This document shows positions 56,769 through 64,000 of a DNA stretch of 64,000 nucleotides, piece by piece; the first letter of the stretch is position 1; every line of letters starts with the position of its first letter. Below the pieces are notes generated by a model. The model had not been told where the DNA came from. It was given only the letters and a program-made list of their open reading frames with translations, and did not search any database. Source of the DNA: a virus (Duplodnaviria > Caudoviricetes); IMG/VR virus record IMGVR_UViG_2930461776_000001, positions 1 to 64,000 of that record; one strand, written 5' to 3'. The translations under genes and the position numbers were made by a program.

Positions 56769-57395
56769 ATGCCAGGGACGCTTCAGAGTTGCGAGTACTG
56801 CGGTGGGGACCTGCCGGTGATGCACCGGTCGGACCGCCGCTACTGCACGAACTCTCACCGCGTCCTTGCCGCTCGGGCCCGTAAGCGGGAGCGGGAGGCC
56901 GCCCTGGCTGCCGAGCAGGCGGCCCGCATTCCGTCCGAGTTGACGTCGCGTCCGCGCTGGGTGCGGCACAAGGACAAGGTGCCGATGCGGACGGATGGCC
57001 GCTTCGCTTCGGTCAATGACCCGTCGTCATGGGCGGACTTCGCTGCGGCCTGCGCCTCCAGGACTGGTGACGGCGTCGGCTTCGTCCTGACGGCCGGCGA
57101 CGGATTCGTCGTGCTTGACCTGGACCATGCGGTCGAGGACGGTCGGGTGCTGCCGTGGGCGCGGGCAATCGTCGACATGCTGCCGCCGACGTACATGGAG
57201 CGGGGTCGCTCCGGTACCGGCTTGCACCTGTGGTTCCGCGGGGCGGTGCCGCATGGCCGGCGTATCCGGCGGGGGGAGTTGGCGGTCGAGGTGTACTCGG
57301 ACCGCCGCTACATCATCGTGGGCGACCGGGTTCCGGGTACGCCTCTTGAGCTTGCCGAGCTGCCTGATGCGGCCGGTTTGATCGCTTCGCTCTGA
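56769..57395 (+). CDS. Zn-finger plus Prim-Pol (AEP) domain protein
   Basis: CEYC...YC..H; VLDLD, S.TGLH.W, EVY. Confidence 0.8.
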   Translation: MPGTLQSCEYCGGDLPVMHRSDRRYCTNSHRVLAARARKREREAALAAEQAARIPSELTSRPRWVRHKDKVPMRTDGRFASVNDPSSWADFAAACASRTGDGVGFVLTAGDGFVVLDLDHAVEDGRVLPWARAIVDMLPPTYMERGRSGTGLHLWFRGAVPHGRRIRRGELAVEVYSDRRYIIVGDRVPGTPLELAELPDAAGLIASL

Positions 57396-57477
57396 CGCCC
57401 CGGCGGCGTCCTGCGGGGCGTCGTTGTTTCCAGCCCTTCGTGCGCCCTGGTGGCGTGCTCTGACCCTGGAGGTCGTC

Positions 57478-57921
57478 ATGGGCGCTCGTGGACCTGTCGG
57501 TAAGCGCTCTGAGGAGCGCATGGGCCATCGCTCGAAGAATGAGAAGGACTCGATCACAAAGGCCCCGTCGGGGACCCCGGATGACCTGCCGGACCTGCCG
57601 GACCCGAGTCCGCTGTGGGATCCGATCGCAACTGACTGGTACCTGTCGCTGCGCAAGTCGGGGCAGGCCGCGTTCTACCAGCCCTCAGACTGGGCGGTTG
57701 CCCGGTATGCCGCGGAGCTGATGTCGCGGGTATTGGACTGCTCGGAGCGAGGCCCGAACGGGCAGCTCGTCGCCGCGCTCAATTCGGTGATGGCATCGCT
57801 TCTCACGACTGAGGGCGACCGCCGCCGGGCCCGCATGGAGCTGGAGCGGAAGAAGCCCGCAGGGCGCAGCGATGCCGACGTGACGGTGCTCGATGACTAT
57901 CGCGCTGCCTTCGGTGGCTGA
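57478..57921 (+). CDS. Terminase small subunit
   Basis: RGP..KRSEER..H; SGQ..FYQPSDW; L.TEGDRRRAR.ELE. Confidence 0.85.
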   Translation: MGARGPVGKRSEERMGHRSKNEKDSITKAPSGTPDDLPDLPDPSPLWDPIATDWYLSLRKSGQAAFYQPSDWAVARYAAELMSRVLDCSERGPNGQLVAALNSVMASLLTTEGDRRRARMELERKKPAGRSDADVTVLDDYRAAFGG

Positions 57922-59668
57922 CGGCGAGGTCGAGGAAGTCCCGGACGAGATCACCCCTGTTGCTATTGGCCCTACCTGGAAACGCGGCGAGGACGGCTTG
58001 TTCGTCAAGCCGGCGTTCACGCTCGGCTGGCACGTCCTGGTGTGGACGGGCAAGTACTTGCAGCACCGCGGCTCCCGGTGGAGGTACACGAACGAGCAGG
58101 TTCGGCTGATCCTGTGGTGGTTCGCGCTGGACCCGAACACGGGAGAGTTCGTCTACCGGGACGCTGTGCTGCAGCGCTTGAAGGGGTGGGGTAAGGATCC
58201 CTTCGGGGCGACGCTGTGCGCCGTTGAGTTCGTGGGGCCGTCGCGCTGGTCTGGCCGCATCGCAGGTCCGGACGACGAGAGTGGCGTCCCGGAGGGGCAG
58301 CCTGTCGGTGAGCCGCATCCGGAGCCGTGGGTGCAGGTGGCGGCAGTCTCGAAGGACCAGACCCGCAACACGATGATCATCTTCGGGTCCTTGTTCACCC
58401 CGAAGGCCCGCGCCGAGTACAGCATCGACGTCGGCAAGGAGATCGTCTACGCGCACAAAGGTGACGCCCGGATCGAGGCGGTCACCTCGTCGCCGCGTGC
58501 TCTTGAAGGCGGCCGGACCACGTTCACCCTGCTCAACGAGACGCATCACTGGATTGAGTCGAACCAAGGCCACGAGATGGCGGCGACGATTGAGCGGAAC
58601 GCCACCAAGTCGGCGGACGGCTCGGCCCGAACTTTCGCGATCACCAACGCCTTCGAGCCCGGTGAGGACTCGGTGGCCGAGCAGACCCGCGACGCCTACG
58701 AGGCAGCGGAGGCGGGCCGCGCCGAGGACACCGGGATCCTGTACGACTCGCTGGAGGCGCCGCCCGAGGCGAAGCTGACGAAGCCGTGGCTGGCGAAGGT
58801 GCTGGAGGCGGTCCGCGGCGACTCGGACTGGCTCAACATCCCCCGCCTGGTGAAGTCGATCCTGGACCCGCGGAACCCGCCGAGCCGCTCGAGGCGGTTC
58901 TGGTACAACCAGATCGTTGCAGCCGAGGATGCGTGGATGGCCCGCTACGAGTGGGACGCCTGCAAGCGCGACGACCTGCATCTGGCGGACGGCGACGAGA
59001 TCGTCATCTTCTTCGACGGCTCCAAGTCAGACGACGCAACCGGGCTGGTGGCGTGCCGCATGTCAGACGGGCTGGTTTCCGCGCTGGGCGTGTGGCAGAA
59101 GCCGGCGAACTGGCCTCAGCCGAACACGCCAGGCTTCGTCCCGTACCAGGTGCCTCGCGATGACGTGCACGGCGTCCTCGAGAACGCGTTCGCCCGATTC
59201 AAGGTGCTGGCGTTCTTCGCCGACCCGGGCGGCGGCAAGGACGACGAGGACGGTGAGATGTACTGGGATTCGTACATCGATCTATGGGGCCAGGCCTGGG
59301 GGCCGAAGCTTGCCCTCCGTGCCGTGGCGTCTGGGCCGAAGGCGCACGCGATTCGTTGGGACATGCGTGGCGACTCGCGGAACCAGGAGACGTTCACTGA
59401 GGCCGTGAAGCGGACGCATGCCGACGTGCTTCAGCGCCAGTTGGTCCACGACGGCCATAAGGCACTGCGCATCCATGTGATCAACGCCCGTCGCCGCACG
59501 AACCGTTGGGGCGTGACGATCGGCAAGGAACACCGCGCCTCCGCGAAGAAGATCGACCTGGCGGTGTGCATGGTCGGCGCGCGGATGCTGCGCCGGATGA
59601 TCCTCAACTCTCCGAAGCGCGCCAAGAAGAAGACGCCGGGCAAGGGCAGGGTGGTGGTGCTTCGATGA
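57914..59668 (+). CDS. Terminase large subunit
   Basis: RLKGWGKDP, QVAAVS..QT.N, NETHHW, FDGSKSDD.T, KID.AV. Confidence 0.93.
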   Translation: MADGEVEEVPDEITPVAIGPTWKRGEDGLFVKPAFTLGWHVLVWTGKYLQHRGSRWRYTNEQVRLILWWFALDPNTGEFVYRDAVLQRLKGWGKDPFGATLCAVEFVGPSRWSGRIAGPDDESGVPEGQPVGEPHPEPWVQVAAVSKDQTRNTMIIFGSLFTPKARAEYSIDVGKEIVYAHKGDARIEAVTSSPRALEGGRTTFTLLNETHHWIESNQGHEMAATIERNATKSADGSARTFAITNAFEPGEDSVAEQTRDAYEAAEAGRAEDTGILYDSLEAPPEAKLTKPWLAKVLEAVRGDSDWLNIPRLVKSILDPRNPPSRSRRFWYNQIVAAEDAWMARYEWDACKRDDLHLADGDEIVIFFDGSKSDDATGLVACRMSDGLVSALGVWQKPANWPQPNTPGFVPYQVPRDDVHGVLENAFARFKVLAFFADPGGGKDDEDGEMYWDSYIDLWGQAWGPKLALRAVASGPKAHAIRWDMRGDSRNQETFTEAVKRTHADVLQRQLVHDGHKALRIHVINARRRTNRWGVTIGKEHRASAKKIDLAVCMVGARMLRRMILNSPKRAKKKTPGKGRVVVLR

Positions 59669-61128
59669 CGGTCACCAGTCCCGATATCCCGCTGGCGTTC
59701 TTGTCGGACGACGAGCTCGCCCTGATCAACATGCTGCGTGCGGACATGCTGCGGGACCGGTGGGCTCTGCAGCTGCGGGATGCCTATTTCAACGGTGAGC
59801 AGCTCATCCGGGACCTCGGCATCAGCATCCCGCCTCAGCTGAAGGGCCTGCACACGGTCATCGGCTGGCCGCGGGTGGGTGTCGAATCCCTGGAGGAGCG
59901 CCTTGACCTGGAGGCGTTCCGATGGGCGGACGGCTCGGACTCGTCGGAGCTGACGGAGATCGCCGACGCTAACGACTTGTTCGACGAGTCGAGCCTGGCG
60001 CACCTGGATGCCCTGACATATGGCCGCGAGTATCTGGCTGTCGGCTCTGGGGACTGCGGTGGCGATGACTGTCCGCCGCTGATCTCGGCGGAGTCTCCGC
60101 TGGACATGACGGTGATGTGGGATGCCCGTATCCGCATGAGCACGGCGGCGCTTCGCGAGTGCGCGGCGGACACGTTCATCGAGTCCGGCCCTGAGGAGCG
60201 CATGCTGGTCCTCTACCTGCCGGATCAGACGGTGATGGCGTTGCCGTCGGCGTCGGGTGGCTGGGAGGTCGTCGACCGCGACATGCACGGCCTGGGTGTC
60301 GTCCCGGTGGTGCGGATGGCGAACCGGCAGCGCACCGCGGACCGTGTCGGCAAGTCGGAGATCACCCCAGAGGTTATGTCGATCACGGATGCTGCTTGCC
60401 GGCGCCTGATGGGCATGGAGGTGGCGGCGGAGTTCTTCGGCGCCCCGCAGCGCTACATCTTGGGCGCGTCGGAGTCGGCGTTCCAGGACGCGGACGGTAC
60501 GGCGAAGTCGGCGTGGGAGACGTACATCGGCCGCGTCCTCGCGTTGGAGCGGGATGAAGACGGCAACGTCCCGGACGTGGGCCAGTTCGCGGCTCATGAC
60601 CCGACCGGCATGACGAAAATCATCGACCTGTATGCGCGGATCATGGCGTCGCAGATGTCGGTGGCCCCGCACGTCCTCGGCTACAGCAGCGACAACCCAG
60701 CTTCTGCCGACGCGATTCGTTTCGCCGACAACCGTCAGGTCAAGAAGGCCGAACGGCGCATCCGTCGCTTCGGTGCCGGCTGGCAGCAGGCGATGCGGCT
60801 CGCTCTGTGGGTGCGCGACGGTGAGCCGCCGGACAAGGCGCGGCGCATCGAGACGGTGTGGCGCAATCCTGCGACACCGACGGTGGCGGCCCAGGTGGAC
60901 GCCACGGTCAAGCTCGTGCAAGCAGGCGTGCTGCCCGCGGACTCCGACGTGACGTTGGAGATGGCCGGGTTCACGGAGGCGCAGCGGCAGCGGATCGCAG
61001 CCGATCGGCGGCGGGCTGCTGGCAGGGCTGGGAGTACTGCGCTGCTGGACCGCCTGGCTGAGCTCAGTGCTGGTGGCTCGCAGGCGGGCATAGAGCCGTC
61101 GGAGGCCGAACTTGGCGACCTCGGATAG
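59665..61128 (+). CDS. Portal protein
   Basis: YFNG.Q, WPR..V.., HLDAL.YGR.Y, G.SEI, AEFF..PQRY, NPASADA, WRNPATPT. Confidence 0.92.
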   Translation: MTVTSPDIPLAFLSDDELALINMLRADMLRDRWALQLRDAYFNGEQLIRDLGISIPPQLKGLHTVIGWPRVGVESLEERLDLEAFRWADGSDSSELTEIADANDLFDESSLAHLDALTYGREYLAVGSGDCGGDDCPPLISAESPLDMTVMWDARIRMSTAALRECAADTFIESGPEERMLVLYLPDQTVMALPSASGGWEVVDRDMHGLGVVPVVRMANRQRTADRVGKSEITPEVMSITDAACRRLMGMEVAAEFFGAPQRYILGASESAFQDADGTAKSAWETYIGRVLALERDEDGNVPDVGQFAAHDPTGMTKIIDLYARIMASQMSVAPHVLGYSSDNPASADAIRFADNRQVKKAERRIRRFGAGWQQAMRLALWVRDGEPPDKARRIETVWRNPATPTVAAQVDATVKLVQAGVLPADSDVTLEMAGFTEAQRQRIAADRRRAAGRAGSTALLDRLAELSAGGSQAGIEPSEAELGDLG

Positions 61129-61921
61129 TTCGACGAGCGTTGTCCGTTGGCGCCAGGCGCAGGCTGGTCTGTCCACGCTGCTGTTGCGTGATCTGCGTGG
61201 GCTGCGGCGTCTCATCAACCCGAACCGTTTGCAGGCGACGGTGCCGACGTGGATCGAGGCGGTAGCGGCCCTGGTGGCACGCTATGCAGAGGCGTCCGCA
61301 AGCCTGGGCGCCGACTTCTACGACGGTGAGCGTGAGACGGCCAGTGTGCCCGGGACGTTCACGGTGCCACTGGCTGATCCGCCTCCGGATGAGCAGACGT
61401 CGAACTCGCTGCGCTGGGCCACGAAGGACTTGTGGCCGCGCGACGAGCGTGAAGCGTCTGTAGCTCAGCTGGAGCCGCTCGACATCCGCCTGGAGGCGGC
61501 AATGTCGAAGGCGGACGGCGCTGTCGGCCGGCTGGTGTTGAACGCGGGCCGGGAGACGGTGCAGGAGGCTGTCCGGGAGGACCGCGGGGCTGTCGCCTAT
61601 GCGCGGGCCGCGGCTCTCGGCTGCTGCTCGTTCTGCGCTCTCATGTCCAGCCGTGGCGCGGTCTACAAGGACCGCGGGACGGTCGGTGAGGACGCCAATG
61701 ACCGGTTCATCGGCAACGACAGTGTGATCAAGTATCACAACTACTGCCGCTGCCAGCCGATCCCCGTTTTCCGAGGTCAGGCGTTCGAGCTGTCGGCGAA
61801 GGCCCAGGAGTGGGATCGCATCTACCGCGAGTTCGCCCAAGGGCATCCTGGTGAGCAGCTTCGGCTCTTCCGGGCCGCGCTCGCGGAGCAGCGTGCGCTA
61901 GCGGATCCCGGATCTTTCTGA
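61112..61921 (+). CDS. MuF-like/capsid maturation protein
   Basis: AR....C.FC..M.SRG.VY...H..C.C..P; between portal and scaffold. Confidence 0.75.
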   Translation: MATSDSSTSVVRWRQAQAGLSTLLLRDLRGLRRLINPNRLQATVPTWIEAVAALVARYAEASASLGADFYDGERETASVPGTFTVPLADPPPDEQTSNSLRWATKDLWPRDEREASVAQLEPLDIRLEAAMSKADGAVGRLVLNAGRETVQEAVREDRGAVAYARAAALGCCSFCALMSSRGAVYKDRGTVGEDANDRFIGNDSVIKYHNYCRCQPIPVFRGQAFELSAKAQEWDRIYREFAQGHPGEQLRLFRAALAEQRALADPGSF

Positions 61922-61984
61922 TCAACGAGGTCGCCCTGGTGGCGGCCTTTCTCATTTCCACAGCCCCTGGAGGGCCGATTCGTC

Positions 61985-62647
61985 ATGCCCGAAGAGAACG
62001 AGCAGACCAGCGAGCAGCAGCAGGAGTCCGGCACTGAGGAGACCGTCGAGGAGACGGCTGCCCAGGAGCAGGGCGGCGCTGAGCAGCAGGAGGACGCCCA
62101 GGAGGCGGAGTCCGGCGGCGAGGAGAAGCCGTTCGACCGGAAGCAGGCCGAGGCGAAGATCAAGAAGGCGAACTCGGAGGCTGCGAACCTCCGTAAGCGC
62201 CTGAAGGAGCTGGAGCCGGCAGCTGCCGAGCTGCGGCGCATCAAGGACGCCGAGAAGTCGGAGTCCGAGCGTCTCACCGACCAGCTGAACCGGGCGAACG
62301 AGCAGATCGCCGCTACCCGCAAGAGCCTCGTGGAGGCGCGCGTGCAGGCCATGGCCGGCGCCCAGGTGGGGGAGCGGGCCGCATTCACGGACCCGGAAGA
62401 CGCTGTCGGCCAGCTCGATCTGACCTCGTACATCGACGAGTCGGGCTCCATCGACGAGACCGCCATTGAGGCGGATCTCCAGGCGCTGTTGGAGCGCAAG
62501 CCGCACTGGGCGAAGACCCAGCCCCCGGAGGGCCCGCGGCGACCCGCACCGGATCGCACTCAGGCGTCCGGTGCCAACCGAAAGCAGGCCCCCAACCCGG
62601 AGGACGAGTTCGCCGGGTGGTTGAGTTCGCGGCTGCCTAGCCGCTGA
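61985..62647 (+). CDS. Capsid scaffolding protein
   Basis: Acidic N-terminus, K...EAANLR.RLK coiled coil, KPHW. Confidence 0.85.
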   Translation: MPEENEQTSEQQQESGTEETVEETAAQEQGGAEQQEDAQEAESGGEEKPFDRKQAEAKIKKANSEAANLRKRLKELEPAAAELRRIKDAEKSESERLTDQLNRANEQIAATRKSLVEARVQAMAGAQVGERAAFTDPEDAVGQLDLTSYIDESGSIDETAIEADLQALLERKPHWAKTQPPEGPRRPAPDRTQASGANRKQAPNPEDEFAGWLSSRLPSR

Positions 62648-62658
62648 GAGAAGGAATC

Positions 62659-63615
62659 ATGGTGGCTACGGCCCCCCTCACTCTGTCCAATGTCGATGCG
62701 TCGCTCCTGCCGCGCACGATCACCGCCCCGATCTTCGAGAAGTCGGTGGAGCAGTCCGCCGTGATGGCGCTCGCCCGGCAGGCGCCGCTCGCCCTGGACG
62801 CCACGACGAGCGTGCCGATCCCGATGGACGTTCCGACCGCGGACTGGGTCGGGCAGGCGGCGAAGAAGCCGCTGTCGACCGGCGGCGTCGACGTCAAGCA
62901 GATGCAGGCGAAGAAGCTGGCGGTGCTCATTCCGGTCGCCATGGAGGTCGCCAAGACCAACGCAGGCGGCCTCTACACCCAGCTGCAGAAGGATCTGCCC
63001 ACGGCGTTCGCGCGGGCCTACGACCACGCCGCGATCCACGGGAAGACCATGAAGGGCGCCACCGGGCCGTTCACCGAGTACCTGGCAGCCACCACCAACT
63101 CGGTGGCCCTCGGCACCGCCACGCAGGCACAGGGCGGCATCTGGGCCGACCTGGTGACCGGCATGGAAGAGGTCATCGACGGGGACTGGGACTACACCGG
63201 CACCGTCGCCGACCACCGGCTGAAGCCGAAGCTGCTGCTCGCGACCGACACCACGGGCCGGCCGATCCTGGTCGACACGCAGACCCCGGGCACGGACATG
63301 GCCGCGGCGGGCACGCTGATCGGCGAGCCGCTCGCCTACTCGCGGTCGGTGTCGGGCAAGCAGCGCCGGCAGTCCGCGAGCACGGACACGGGCCTGCGGG
63401 CGATCGGCGGCGACTGGTCGCAGGCGGCGTATGGCGTCGGCATGGACATCACGGTGCGGATCTCCGACCAGGCCACCTACGTGGACGAGGACGGCGGCGT
63501 GCACTCGGCGTTCCAGGAGAACCTGGTTCTGATCCTCGCGGAGGCGTACTACGGCTTCGTGATGGGCGACGTCGACGCGTTCGTGAAGTTCACCGGCACC
63601 CCGAGCGGTTCCTGA
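62659..63615 (+). CDS. Major capsid protein (HK97 fold)
   Basis: LLP......IF; WVG....KP; KKLAVL.P; D.A..HG; GDWS; FQENL...AE...GF. Confidence 0.92.
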   Translation: MVATAPLTLSNVDASLLPRTITAPIFEKSVEQSAVMALARQAPLALDATTSVPIPMDVPTADWVGQAAKKPLSTGGVDVKQMQAKKLAVLIPVAMEVAKTNAGGLYTQLQKDLPTAFARAYDHAAIHGKTMKGATGPFTEYLAATTNSVALGTATQAQGGIWADLVTGMEEVIDGDWDYTGTVADHRLKPKLLLATDTTGRPILVDTQTPGTDMAAAGTLIGEPLAYSRSVSGKQRRQSASTDTGLRAIGGDWSQAAYGVGMDITVRISDQATYVDEDGGVHSAFQENLVLILAEAYYGFVMGDVDAFVKFTGTPSGS

Positions 63616-64000
63616 TGGCCAGGGCTGTCCCGGCTTCCGCGCCGGGCGGGGCAGCCAAGCCCCTGAAGATCGTGGCCCGCGTTCATGCGATGCCGCCGGA
63701 GCACAATGCGGGCGCCGAGTACATGCTGGTGTCGATGCTCCGGCCGCTGGTGGAACGCGGGCACGATGTGTCCGTGTGGCTGTCCCGCTACGGGAAGGCC
63801 CACAAGGAGTACGAGTACCGGGGCATCAAGGTCGTGCCACTGGAGTCCCGTCTCGACTTCCCGACCGCTGTCCGCAGGGCGGATGTGCTGCTCGCGCATC
63901 TGGAAACAGTGCCTGCGACGGCGTCGCTGGCCCGCGGCTACGGCAAGCGGCTCGTGGTGGTGTGCCACAACACGCACCGGCCGACCTTCCGCGACATCGC
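63615..64000 (+). CDS. GT4 (GT-B) glycosyltransferase, 3' end outside the window
   Basis: Hand translation: MARA...KIVARVHAMPPEHNAGAEYML..ML..LVERGHDVSV...ADV..H...VVVCHN; TGATG coupling to the capsid gene. Confidence 0.8.
   Translation, partial: MARAVPASAPGGAAKPLKIVARVHAMPPEHNAGAEYMLVSMLRPLVERGHDVSVWLSRYGKAHKEYEYRGIKVVPLESRLDFPTAVRRADVLLAHLETVPATASLARGYGKRLVVVCHNTHRPTFRDI

Larger units (their letters stand above)
1..64000. mobile_element. Temperate siphovirus prophage (Streptomyces-type), partial
   Basis: Continuous phage gene order: repressor/cro/antirepressor, recombination, replication, terminase, portal, scaffold, capsid. Stop and start codons overlap throughout and no host housekeeping genes were recognised. 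Confidence 0.95.

Overview
The whole window is a high-GC actinomycete (Streptomyces-type) temperate siphovirus prophage segment. The integrase and attachment site lie outside the window, probably left of position 1, and the main tail and lysis genes probably lie right of 64000. From left to right: (1) an immunity switch (XRE repressor, Cro-like, excisionase-like, antirepressor); (2) early genes with a full DnaN clamp, a second clamp-like protein, a RecE-like exonuclease and a Sak4-like ATPase; (3) a replication module (initiator with internal iterons, DnaC-like loader, DnaB); (4) a C5 DNA methyltransferase followed by a TnpB-only IS607-type insertion; (5) an AICE/pSAM2-like conjugation module at about 25.7-36.5 kb, with a Kor-like repressor, an HTH-Nudix/Nudix pair, Spd-like membrane proteins, a TraB FtsK translocase and a helically phased, mirror-symmetric 8-bp repeat locus; (6) minor tail and double beta-helix tailspike genes placed before the terminase, followed by a glycosyltransferase, methyltransferase and epimerase; (7) a candidate cos end, then Prim-Pol, terminase, portal, MuF-like, scaffold, major capsid and a GT4 glycosyltransferase. 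The most interesting hypotheses are a prophage that can also spread by TraB conjugation, and phage-encoded virion glycosylation. All family assignments come from reading motifs by eye; no searches were run.
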